Made by a program: the position numbers and the translations under genes. This document shows, piece by piece, positions 1 through 8,537 of a stretch of DNA of 50,544 nucleotides (within the stretch, counting starts at the first letter, position 1; each line of letters begins with the position of its first letter). A model generated the notes under the pieces. It saw nothing but the letters and a program-made list of their open reading frames with translations. It ran no database searches and was not told where the DNA came from. Source of the DNA: Spirochaetales bacterium (GTDB lineage: Bacteria; Spirochaetota; Spirochaetia; SZUA-6; JAFGRV01); assembly GCA_016934975.1 (NCBI GenBank), contig JAFGRV010000019.1, positions 1 through 50,544 on the forward strand, written 5' to 3'.

Positions 1-1700
1 TATCGGGAAAATATAAGGGTCACTATATCCATTCACGGCATAATCCTCTGCGGGAGTCTACTCAGCTCATTGAACGGGAAACAAAAGGAGATATCTCCTG
101 CGCACTCTTCTATGGCTTCGGCCTTGGGTACCACATAGAAGCATTCATGAAAAAATACCCATCAGTTCCCGTTCTCATTATCGAGCCGGAACCATCGTTT
201 TTTCACAAGGCTCTTGAATCGAGAGATCTCACATCCCTCTTTCAATCAACCTCTCTCCTCTATTATATTAATCCCGACCCGGATAACCTCATTGAATTTA
301 TAGAACAACTTCCCCTTTCTAACATACAGATTATACGCCTGCGGTCCATGTACGGATTCACTGCGGGATATTACAAACAGGTTGATGGAATAATTCAATC
401 CTATCTTTCGCGAAAAGAAGTAAATGTGAACACCTTAAAACGTTTCGGAAAGCTATGGGTTAATAATCTGGTTCATAATGTAGGCGAGCTTATTAAAAAA
501 CCGGGAATTACCCGCCTGGAAAACGAACTGGAGGGCATTCCATCCCTTGTCCTCGCTTCCGGTCCTTCTCTGGAACTCATCCTTCCCCATCTACCGGAAT
601 TAAAGAAAAGGATGATACTTATTTCCGTTGATACATCTCTCCGGGCCTGCCTTGCACAGAAGGTGGAACCGGATTTTCTTATTGTGGTTGATCCTCAATA
701 CTGGAATTCCCGTCATCTTGACTGGCTCTCCTGTAAAAACGCTCTCCTTCTCTCGGAATCTTCCACCCATCCCCGGGTGTTCCGTGACCTTACTATAGAC
801 GGATTCTTTGCAAGCTCTTTCTTTCCCCTGGGTATTTTCTTTGAATCGATTGTGGGAGATAAAGGGAAAATAGGTGCCGGGGGGTCGGTAGCAACCTCTG
901 CATGGGATTTCGCGAGAATCCTCGGAACATCCCCTATTTTTATGGCGGGACTGGATCTCGGCTTTCCTCACAAAAAAACACACTTTCACGGGGCATATTT
1001 CGAGGAGTGCTTTCACCAGATATCGGACCGGTATTCCCCCATGGAACACAAATCCTTTACCTATATAAGAGACGGAAAACCCTTCCCGGTCATCTCAAAT
1101 AACGGAAGTACGGTATTAACGGATCAGCGGATGATTATTTATAAATGGTGGTTTGAATCCCAGATGAATGCGTACCCATCACTTCCCACCTATTCCCTTT
1201 CCCCCGGAGGTGTCGCGATCCCGGGTATAATGGTAAGGGATGTAAAGGATCTCCTGAATCTTCCGCTACGAAGAGAGGATATCGATGAGAAGATGAAGCG
1301 TATCCGTTCATACACTCATGGGATTCCGGATCATGATAAGGTAGCTGCAAAACTCAAGAGAGCGATAGAGGAACTTCTCACGAATCTTCATCTCCTCGCG
1401 GATATTGCGGATGAGGGGATTACAACAACAGAAAAAGCGATCTCACACCTGTCTCACGGGAAAATTCCCCCTTCTTTCGTCGAAAAATTAAATAAGATTG
1501 ATAAAAAAATCTCCTCCGAATCATCCAGAGTTATCGCGGGGTTTCTTATCCAGCCGGTCATCCAGGGATTATTACACACATCAACTCACGATAAAACACC
1601 CGGGGAGATTTTAGCCTTTACCAAAGAACTGTATACGGAACTTAAATCGTCCTGCGACTATCATTACAAAGCACTCATAAAAGCTGAAAAAAAATTTTAA
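1..1700 (+). CDS. Motility accessory factor (Maf)/DUF115-type protein, putative flagellin glycosyltransferase; 5-prime partial, runs off the window start
   Basis: The ORF-track ATG at 147 is internal. The same frame is open from nt 3, and the upstream codons read SGKYKGHYIHSRHNPLRES...CALFYGFGLGYHIEAF, continuous with MKKYP. The core LVLASGPSL...ISVDTSLRACL...PDFLIVVDPQ resembles the MptE-like/DUF115 fold of Maf proteins (recalled, not searched). Confidence 0.6.
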   Translation, partial: SGKYKGHYIHSRHNPLRESTQLIERETKGDISCALFYGFGLGYHIEAFMKKYPSVPVLIIEPEPSFFHKALESRDLTSLFQSTSLLYYINPDPDNLIEFIEQLPLSNIQIIRLRSMYGFTAGYYKQVDGIIQSYLSRKEVNVNTLKRFGKLWVNNLVHNVGELIKKPGITRLENELEGIPSLVLASGPSLELILPHLPELKKRMILISVDTSLRACLAQKVEPDFLIVVDPQYWNSRHLDWLSCKNALLLSESSTHPRVFRDLTIDGFFASSFFPLGIFFESIVGDKGKIGAGGSVATSAWDFARILGTSPIFMAGLDLGFPHKKTHFHGAYFEECFHQISDRYSPMEHKSFTYIRDGKPFPVISNNGSTVLTDQRMIIYKWWFESQMNAYPSLPTYSLSPGGVAIPGIMVRDVKDLLNLPLRREDIDEKMKRIRSYTHGIPDHDKVAAKLKRAIEELLTNLHLLADIADEGITTTEKAISHLSHGKIPPSFVEKLNKIDKKISSESSRVIAGFLIQPVIQGLLHTSTHDKTPGEILAFTKELYTELKSSCDYHYKALIKAEKKF

Positions 1701-1742
1701 ATTTTCTTAAACTTATAGACCAATCCGCCGATTTAATAAGTG

Positions 1743-1768
1743 GAAAGCATAAACGCTTTCTTTTTATT
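1743..1768 (+). terminator. Rho-independent terminator candidate after the maf-like gene
   Basis: GAAAGC (1743-1748), 6-nt loop, GCTTTC (1755-1760), then TTTTTATT (1761-1768). It lies 43 nt after the stop at 1700. Confidence 0.5.
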
Positions 1769-1851
1769 AAACGGTATGCACATAGACATCCAGGCATACC
1801 GTTTTTTTTTTGCCCTTCTGTTTTTTATGAAGATCTCCCTTCATACAATGA

Positions 1852-1880
1852 TTGACCAGGAGTACCAATCTTGTTATAGT
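1852..1880 (+). promoter_or_regulatory. Sigma-70-type promoter with extended -10, upstream of the small ORF/hydrolase cassette
   Basis: TTGACC (1852-1857), 17-nt spacer, TGtTATAGT (TG at 1872-1873, -10 at 1875-1880). It sits about 55 nt upstream of the ATG at 1935. Confidence 0.5.
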
Positions 1881-1934
1881 GAATCAATTTTGTACGGTAC
1901 GCACCTGGTTGTGTTCCTGAGATAGGGAGGATAA

Positions 1935-2096
1935 ATGAAACCTGAAAATATTAACGATGATCAAAATAAGAATGAAAATGAACCGATCATTATTCATTCG
2001 ACAGTCGGATCCATGAGAAAAGAGGGAATCCGGCTTCTCAGCGGAAATAAATATACTCTGATTTTGAAACCAAAAAAGTTCGTATACTCTTTTTAG
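1935..2096 (+). CDS. Small hypothetical protein (53 aa), first gene of the hydrolase cassette
   Basis: Below the ORF-track length cutoff; translated by hand as MKPENINDDQNKNENEPIIIHSTVGSMRKEGIRLLSGNKYTLILKPKKFVYSF*. AGGGAGG (1924-1930) lies 4 nt before the ATG. The stop TAG (2094-2096) is 12 nt before the hydrolase ATG. No recognisable family. Confidence 0.4.
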   Translation: MKPENINDDQNKNENEPIIIHSTVGSMRKEGIRLLSGNKYTLILKPKKFVYSF

Positions 2097-2108
2097 GCGG
2101 GATATATC

Positions 2109-4790
2109 ATGGCCCTTTCATATCCCATCGAAATTACCGATGCATCACTTATTTTTGAAAATAACGAGACTCAAAAAGGCGGATTTTATCCCCTCGGTGC
2201 GAATAATTTATGGCACAGCGGTATTCATCTCCACGGTTACACGGCACGGGCAATCTATGACGGTGAGATTTTAGCCTGCCGTTTGGATGAGGAGTATTGC
2301 ACCGATGATCTGGGTGAAGGGGATTCCATTACTTATTCAAGGAATTTTGTATTAGTAAAACATCATTTAATAATTGATGAAAAGGGCGTGAAAAATGCGC
2401 CGGCATTTATAAGCTCGATGTATGATGTGGATCCTTATCTTGATGGATTAAAAGGAGAAGTATATTTTTATACTTTATATATGCACCTTGCGCCAACGAA
2501 TATATATGACATTACTATCCCGGCGCCTGAGTTCATGAATACAAAGATTTGTGAATTTATTTGTAATACCGAAGAAGATACCCTGGGGGGAGAATCGGGA
2601 TTAAATGTACGAAGTAGTCCTAATGGCTCAAAAATCGGTTTATTAAAATATGGAGAAACAGTTCACTTTGAAAATCCCCTGGATTTTATTAATAATCCCG
2701 GGGGATGGAAAAAAATCAATCCCACTCCCTATGGGGCCGGTTCAGCATATATTTTCTGCTCACCAAAGAGCGGAGGGGGAGAACGGATAAAAAAGGGTGA
2801 TGAAAAAGACATACCGAAGAATGAGATCGTTGTCTTTGATAATCCGGTAAAAGTTACTGCCGGAGAGTATTTGGGGTACTGCGGCAAATACGGACCCCAG
2901 GAGAATATGTTTCATGTCGAGATTTTCCTGGATAATGTCATGTTTATGGATATGGATCCGGAATCAGTTGACCTGGGAAAAATCTATTTTTTTGAGAAAG
3001 ATTTTAATGAATTTAAAAAGGGTGCCGATTTTGAGAAAATTCATACGGACTTTTATGAGGGATCACAATTTTACAGTTTAGATAATGCTGACGGCGCGTA
3101 TAAAGTCAAAGTAAAAAAAGCCAATTTATGGATAGAAAAAAGTAAACTACATTGGATCGATTCAATAAGTCGTTATAAATGGAAAGACACTGTCAGCGAG
3201 GCTGTAGGTTATATGACAGACATCGGAAACGCCTCGGACGCGATGGAAGTAAGTGTCAGCAGCAGCGATGAATTTAAATTTCCCGGCTGGGATCTCGCTA
3301 AAACTGTGGGCGGTATAGAATACAGGAAAATTCAAGTCTCTGTAAAATACGATGGTGCTGTCACCGGATGGCTGAGCAAGAAGCAAATGGAGAGTAAAGT
3401 AAACTGGGAGTACAGTGCAGGAACCTTATTCTTAAAAGTAAAAACCGGAGCTCAAATCGCCCATTTATATAAAACGAATCCGGAAGAAATAAATTTTACC
3501 AGTGCATTAGGAGAGAGTTTAACCAAGCCCCTGGAAGTCGGTATCATTAATGGGGGGATAAAAGAGGTTAAGGATAATGATAATGTAGAATGGCTGGGGT
3601 TTACGATAAAAAAGGAGTTTCTCGGGAGTGGAAGCGAAGATGTCACTGGTTGGATAAAAAAAACAGATGCCGAAACAAAAATAATCAATTATTTCGATTG
3701 GAAAAAATTTTTTGATAAGCTGGAACCTGAATCCGACGGAGATAGTTTATGTGACAATAGCGAATTGGTAAATAAAATTGAAAATGCCGCCCAATATACA
3801 GGATCTCCATATGATCCGGACGTCTCTATCGATAATTCATTAACCAGCGAGGAGCTTTTATTAGCGTTGCAGGATGAAAGCATTGCAGCGGAATTAAGAA
3901 GAATGGTGGTCTGCCATCCTACGGAATGGAGTAATGCGGTTAATTATGATAAATTTAAAGATAATCTTAAAGATCTTTATCTCTTTAATGATAACCAGGT
4001 AAATAAACTCATGACCCATATTGAAAATATGCAATGGTGGGAAGAGGTGCAAACGAAAAGCGGTAATCAATTACCTTCCGATTCAAAAAAGATATGGTAT
4101 TTCCATCCAATTGCATTGATTGAGCATTTAAAGAAATTAAAGATAGGTATCCCGAAAGTAGAAATGTTGATCGACCACGAAGCAATGGACTATTGGTTTG
4201 ACAAAACCTATGAATCCTCAAAAAATGCAAATGGTAATTTTGCCCGAAGTCTCGATGATATTATCGAAGTCACGATTCATCATACAGAGGGAAATAGTAA
4301 TTGGTTGGATTCAAAAGGTATGATTTATGACGGCTGGCCTCTTTACGGGGGCGGCGATAATAAAGAAAATTATAAAAATGGTATAAGTTTATATAATTAT
4401 TTTTTACAAAAAGACGGCACATTAGTCGAGTGCGCCCCCTTAACAAGATGGTATAAACATTCTCATGCTAATATTCAGGATAAATATCATGTCGGTATTG
4501 AAATAAGTCATTCGACCGGTCCTTTTACCGATGAGCAGTATAACATGTTATTTGCTTTTATTTTCGATCATATTGCATCTCTCTGTATGAACTTCAAACG
4601 CATTTCCTGTCATGCATTTAATAAATGGCATTTTACAAGCGGGGGAACAAAGGAGTGTCCGTCAAAGGATTTTCTTTTCTCAAAGCTTGTAGCGGAAATG
4701 ACAAACAGGGGAATGAGTTTTACCACGGAAGATACGGAAGGTGCATACGGGGATCATGAATATTACCGATACACTATCACCTCATTTTAA
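2109..4790 (+). CDS. Multidomain peptidoglycan hydrolase: N-terminal M23/LytM-like domain split by an SH3b insert, further SH3b-like modules, a helical linker, and a C-terminal N-acetylmuramoyl-L-alanine amidase (Amidase_2/PGRP fold)
   Basis: M23-like elements: NNLWHSGIHLHG (aa 32-43), FYTLYMHL (aa 120-127), VTAGEYLGYCGKYGPQENMFHVEIF (aa 249-273). SH3b-like: GLNVRSSPNGSKIGLLKYGETV...GGWKKI (aa 164-203). Later modules end in TGWL (aa 419-422) and TGWI (aa 512-515). Amidase_2-like: IEVTIHHTEG (aa 719-728), HVGIEISH (aa 794-801), SCHAF (aa 833-837), KECPSKDF (aa 848-855). No N-terminal signal peptide or TM segment (MALSYPIEITDASLIFENNETQKGG). Confidence 0.75.
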   Translation: MALSYPIEITDASLIFENNETQKGGFYPLGANNLWHSGIHLHGYTARAIYDGEILACRLDEEYCTDDLGEGDSITYSRNFVLVKHHLIIDEKGVKNAPAFISSMYDVDPYLDGLKGEVYFYTLYMHLAPTNIYDITIPAPEFMNTKICEFICNTEEDTLGGESGLNVRSSPNGSKIGLLKYGETVHFENPLDFINNPGGWKKINPTPYGAGSAYIFCSPKSGGGERIKKGDEKDIPKNEIVVFDNPVKVTAGEYLGYCGKYGPQENMFHVEIFLDNVMFMDMDPESVDLGKIYFFEKDFNEFKKGADFEKIHTDFYEGSQFYSLDNADGAYKVKVKKANLWIEKSKLHWIDSISRYKWKDTVSEAVGYMTDIGNASDAMEVSVSSSDEFKFPGWDLAKTVGGIEYRKIQVSVKYDGAVTGWLSKKQMESKVNWEYSAGTLFLKVKTGAQIAHLYKTNPEEINFTSALGESLTKPLEVGIINGGIKEVKDNDNVEWLGFTIKKEFLGSGSEDVTGWIKKTDAETKIINYFDWKKFFDKLEPESDGDSLCDNSELVNKIENAAQYTGSPYDPDVSIDNSLTSEELLLALQDESIAAELRRMVVCHPTEWSNAVNYDKFKDNLKDLYLFNDNQVNKLMTHIENMQWWEEVQTKSGNQLPSDSKKIWYFHPIALIEHLKKLKIGIPKVEMLIDHEAMDYWFDKTYESSKNANGNFARSLDDIIEVTIHHTEGNSNWLDSKGMIYDGWPLYGGGDNKENYKNGISLYNYFLQKDGTLVECAPLTRWYKHSHANIQDKYHVGIEISHSTGPFTDEQYNMLFAFIFDHIASLCMNFKRISCHAFNKWHFTSGGTKECPSKDFLFSKLVAEMTNRGMSFTTEDTEGAYGDHEYYRYTITSF

Positions 4791-4876
4791 GTCAATCACC
4801 CGAAACGGATTTTATATTGAAACTCTTGGGTGAATGGTGAGTTTTCTCATCATCATTTTATCCCTTATAAGCTCCC

Positions 4877-5341
4877 TTACCGTCCGGTAAGGGAAATAAT
4901 CAATTCCACTTCACCGATAGGGAGGTTCATATGATTTGCGATGACGGAAGTGGAGAATCCTTCGCGGTAAAGCTTTAATACCTGGTCTTTTACATCAACC
5001 TCTTTTTTTATTTCAGGGCTTTTTTCGGTATCTTTTTTATTCTGTGTCAAAATATTGGAATAATTTTTACTCATGCTGTATTTTTCCGATTCGCGGCGCA
5101 AGAGAGCTATCTTTTTATCGGCTTTATCCATCAGGTCACTGAGCTCATTGATTTTATCTTCGATAATATTTATATTTCGTTCCGTCGTATTGTTAAGCTG
5201 TAGAATAATCCGGTCTACTTCCACCCTGATTTCATCGATAAGGGCTTTGGGATTGACAGATGAGTTGATTTTTCTTACCAGGATAAGATAGAGGATGGCG
5301 AAGCCCATAAGAATAAGACTGATAGTTACTATATAGATCAT
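4877..5341 (-). CDS. Membrane-anchored coiled-coil protein with a C-terminal helix-turn-helix-like segment; last gene of the minus-strand array
   Basis: N-terminal TM segment (IYIVTISLILMGFAILYLILV), a charged heptad-like middle, and a C-terminus KDQVLKLYREGFSTSVIANHMNLPIGEVELIISL resembling a small HTH. ATG start; 9 nt after the upstream stop. Confidence 0.6.
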   Translation of the reverse strand: MIYIVTISLILMGFAILYLILVRKINSSVNPKALIDEIRVEVDRIILQLNNTTERNINIIEDKINELSDLMDKADKKIALLRRESEKYSMSKNYSNILTQNKKDTEKSPEIKKEVDVKDQVLKLYREGFSTSVIANHMNLPIGEVELIISLTGR

Positions 5342-5350
5342 AGATGTTTA

Positions 5351-5683
5351 TTATCCGGTTATATCGATATGATGTCCAAGATATGGTTCTTTAAAAAATT
5401 GTTTTTCTTCATTTTTTTTGTCCGCCTCTTCTTTTTCCCGCTTTTTTTGCTCTGCTTTGGTCTCATTTCCCTTATTTTTCTCCTCGTCCTTTATTTTTTC
5501 AATACCTTCTTTTATCTCATCCGTCTCATTCACACTCTCGTCTTTTACTTTTGCATCTTTTGCAATCTCCATCCCCTGGAGAGATTGATGAAGATGAGCC
5601 GCATCTTTTTGTACCGCCTGATCTTTTCCAATTTGATTTAGATGAGAAAACATGGTCTGTAAATCAATCGGGAGCAAAGGCAT
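5351..5683 (-). CDS. Small K/E-rich hypothetical protein (110 aa)
   Basis: MPLLPIDLQTMFSHLNQIGKDQ... followed by a low-complexity K/E/D tract. ATG lies 3 nt after the fapA-like stop. Operon position and strand bias support coding; no family recognised. Confidence 0.5.
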   Translation of the reverse strand: MPLLPIDLQTMFSHLNQIGKDQAVQKDAAHLHQSLQGMEIAKDAKVKDESVNETDEIKEGIEKIKDEEKNKGNETKAEQKKREKEEADKKNEEKQFFKEPYLGHHIDITG

Positions 5684-5686
5684 ACT

Positions 5687-7627
5687 CTACACAATCCTCC
5701 TTCTAAAATCTTCTTCTATGGCTTCGTATTTCGTAATCCTTACATTATTATTTTCCATAATAAAGGTAACAAATTTAAATTCATTTTTCACTTCCAGGTA
5801 AGCATCCCGGATATATAATTTCACCCCGGGAAACACCTTTTCCGAAGCCGATATCTTCCCCTGCTTCTTTATCGACATCAGGTGTGCTTTAATTTCATCA
5901 ATTTCCGTATTTAACAAATCAACTTCAGTTTTTATGGTATCCCGTTTGCTTGATAATTCGGTGAGATAGTTCTGCTTTTCTTCCGAAAGCTTTCGCTGCA
6001 CCTTCTTTAAATTAAGGAGGGTTTTGATGTTCAGTTCAATCTCATCCAGGTCTTTTTCTATATCCGTCTTCTTTTTATCGAGACTCCCGAGTCGTTCTTT
6101 ACTGGAGGGATCATATCCCACCTCTAAAACAGTCTCGGTCCCTGCAATAGAGCCAAGATTTTTGGCATTGATTTCTTCCGAGGCCCGGAGTTTTCCACCC
6201 ACAATTGAGGCCCGCCTTCCCTGACAGATAATCTTCTTATTCGCATCTACCATACTATGGAGGATTCCTTCATTTACAACAACATAATCCGTTGCTTCGA
6301 CTCGTGCATGCTCGATAAATTTGGAGAAAACGCTTTTTCCGGTTTTCACCTGACCACCGTTTTTCCCAAGGATCCCCTGATGAACGATAATATCGCCTTC
6401 CGCATCAAGAATACATTTACCGACATTACCTTTTATTTCGATGTTTCCCGCGGCTTTTATTGAAAATCCGTCAAGAACACTCCCTTTTACAATAACAGTC
6501 CCGAGAAACAGGATATTACCGGTCTGAAGATTTACATCACCATTGACGGTGTAAATCGGTTCTACGTTAATCTTTCCTGCCAAAAGCATTACCTGCCCGT
6601 TTATCTCGGAAATTGCCGTCGTGCCGTCTTCCGAGAGCTTTACATTTTTACCGATGACGATGGCTACATCATTCCCTGATTTGGCGGGAATGGTTTTTCC
6701 CGTTACAGTCCTGCCGTCGATTCCTTTTTGAGGGGGAGTTTTTTTTGCGAGAACCTGGCCCGCGACAACATTTTCTATAAGATTCAGTTCTTTAAAATCG
6801 ACTCTTCCCCCTTCTTCATGAAGCTGGATATGTCCCCGCTCTTTATTAAAATGGTATTGCACCACGGCATCAGAACCATTTTGTGGTTTACTTCCTTCGG
6901 CGATTAAAAACCGGCTATTATATTGGGGATAATCCTCAAACTGTCTCACCTCATCTTCAAGAATTCCATGAACGACCCCATTATTATTTAAGATCGCGAT
7001 AATATTATCATAGGTAAGGTCCGCACCACCCAATCGAGGCGGGGTCACCTCGATATACGCTTTCATTTCCATATCGAAGATATCTACGGAAATGGTTGCA
7101 TCATTTATGGGATTATAATCGAATTCACCGATACGGATGTATTTTGACTCCGCCCGCTTCACAACACGTGAAATAAGGGTCATATCGTATCTGGTGACCC
7201 CTCTTCTGTGAATCTGCTCCAGTGCCCTTTTCTCCTGAAGAGGTTTTCCTCTTCCGACGGGTTTTGTTATTTTAAGGTACACACCGTCATGAGTGAGCCG
7301 GACAAATACTTCGCCATCCTTATCTTTTTCCAATTCGATTTGTGGTTGTTCGATATGTACGACATTTTCAATGAGATTTGTAATGGATACCTTTTCTACA
7401 ACTTCATAAACAAAGAGAACCCATTCCTTTTTTCCCACCCCCCAAACACCCTTGTTTCCCCGTTCTATTATCTCATATTGAAGACGGTTGATCGGGACAT
7501 CCAGCTCAATTGAAGCGGTTTTCAGGGCATCTTCCATTGAATCTCCCCTGACCTCTTTGGATTTGACTTCCTTGTCCTTTTCAACCTGTTTTATCATATA
7601 TTCACGAAGTTGGGATAATGTTATCAT
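5687..7627 (-). CDS. FapA/DUF342-like flagellar assembly (polar landmark) protein
   Basis: The ORF-track start at 7708 is trimmed to the ATG at 7627 (GGAGTG upstream; MITLSQLREY). Features: Jag/KH-like N-module, beta-helix-like G-rich repeats (GNIEIKGNVGKCILDAEGDIIVHQGILG), C-terminal coiled coil. Sits immediately downstream of fliA. Confidence 0.7.
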   Translation of the reverse strand: MITLSQLREYMIKQVEKDKEVKSKEVRGDSMEDALKTASIELDVPINRLQYEIIERGNKGVWGVGKKEWVLFVYEVVEKVSITNLIENVVHIEQPQIELEKDKDGEVFVRLTHDGVYLKITKPVGRGKPLQEKRALEQIHRRGVTRYDMTLISRVVKRAESKYIRIGEFDYNPINDATISVDIFDMEMKAYIEVTPPRLGGADLTYDNIIAILNNNGVVHGILEDEVRQFEDYPQYNSRFLIAEGSKPQNGSDAVVQYHFNKERGHIQLHEEGGRVDFKELNLIENVVAGQVLAKKTPPQKGIDGRTVTGKTIPAKSGNDVAIVIGKNVKLSEDGTTAISEINGQVMLLAGKINVEPIYTVNGDVNLQTGNILFLGTVIVKGSVLDGFSIKAAGNIEIKGNVGKCILDAEGDIIVHQGILGKNGGQVKTGKSVFSKFIEHARVEATDYVVVNEGILHSMVDANKKIICQGRRASIVGGKLRASEEINAKNLGSIAGTETVLEVGYDPSSKERLGSLDKKKTDIEKDLDEIELNIKTLLNLKKVQRKLSEEKQNYLTELSSKRDTIKTEVDLLNTEIDEIKAHLMSIKKQGKISASEKVFPGVKLYIRDAYLEVKNEFKFVTFIMENNNVRITKYEAIEEDFRRRIV

Positions 7628-7744
7628 TTTCACTCCAAAATAGTACGAGTTCTTTCTATAAGTATAATATATCACAAATTCTACCAGGGTGCCACATGTA
7701 GAGGACATAATAAAATTCAGACATATATCCTTTATACTTTTATA

Positions 7745-8530
7745 CTAAAAGATCCCTTTTTTAATACTGGTGAGTTTTGTCCTAAGACGCATGATTGCTT
7801 TCGTGTGGAGCTGGGAAATTCTCGACTCTGTTACGGCAAGTACTTCTCCAATTTCTTTGAGGGTTAAATCCTCATAATAATAAAGAACAAGCACTTTTTT
7901 TTCTTTTTCCGGGAGTTCCTGAATCGCTTCTATAATGACCCGTTTTACTTCTTCTTTTTCGACGATTGTATCCGGGTTCAGGCTTGTAGGTGATTCAATA
8001 CTGTCAACAATAGAAATTTTATCATTTTCTTCCCCGGTATTCCAGACGTCATTAAGTGAAAGGATGGAAGTACCGCTGATTTTTAATATCATTTTTTGAA
8101 AATCACCGGTACTCATATCCATGGCTTTGGCGATCTCTTTATCCGTCGCCACTCTTCCGAGTTGAGATTCCAGATGGCGGACCGTTTCTTCAAGTTGTCT
8201 GCTTTTCTGACGTACCGACCGCGGTACCCAATCTATAGCCCGTAGTTCATCAAAAATAGCGCCCCGGATTCTCGTTACCGCATAGGTTTTAAATTTAACA
8301 TGTTTTTCCGGATCGAATTTTTCAATTGCATCAAAAAGGCCGAAAACACCGAACCCCACGAGATCATCGAACTCGACATTATGAGGCATTCCGATCGCCA
8401 CCTTGCCGGCAACGTACTTAACAAGGGGAGCATACTGTTTTACAAAAAAATCCCTTATTTTGGGATCTTTTGCTTTCTTATATTGTTTCCAAAGTTCTTG
8501 TTCGGATTTTTCTTTTAATGGATTAAGCAT
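7745..8530 (-). CDS. fliA: Flagellar sigma factor sigma-28 (FliA/WhiG)
   Basis: Sigma-70 region 2 ([44 protein letters not shown]) and region 4 HTH ([29 protein letters not shown]). Start moved to the ATG at 8530 (MLNPLKEK). This removes the overlap with the upstream gene and places GGAAGGA upstream. Confidence 0.9.
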   Translation of the reverse strand: MLNPLKEKSEQELWKQYKKAKDPKIRDFFVKQYAPLVKYVAGKVAIGMPHNVEFDDLVGFGVFGLFDAIEKFDPEKHVKFKTYAVTRIRGAIFDELRAIDWVPRSVRQKSRQLEETVRHLESQLGRVATDKEIAKAMDMSTGDFQKMILKISGTSILSLNDVWNTGEENDKISIVDSIESPTSLNPDTIVEKEEVKRVIIEAIQELPEKEKKVLVLYYYEDLTLKEIGEVLAVTESRISQLHTKAIMRLRTKLTSIKKGIF

Positions 8531-8537
8531 ATTCCTT

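Noticed and set aside
1740-1925. 61-aa GTG-start ORF between maf and the hydrolase cassette
   Set aside because: It starts inside the terminator-like hairpin, has no SD, and its product is an odd hydrophobic, low-complexity sequence. It also spans the predicted promoter at 1852-1880.
5115-5122. Perfect sigma-28 -10 element GCCGATAA on the minus strand
   Set aside because: No TAAA-like -35 lies 15-16 nt upstream. It sits inside the last gene of the array, with nothing downstream to transcribe.
7628-7708. N-terminal extensions suggested by the ORF track (fapA-like 7708, fliA 8611, flhG 10353, fliF 32285, xerC 36628, rsmH 49822)
   Set aside because: The extensions overlap upstream genes or lack an SD, and encode non-conserved leader sequence. 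Internal starts with GGAG-type SDs reproduce the family-typical N-termini.
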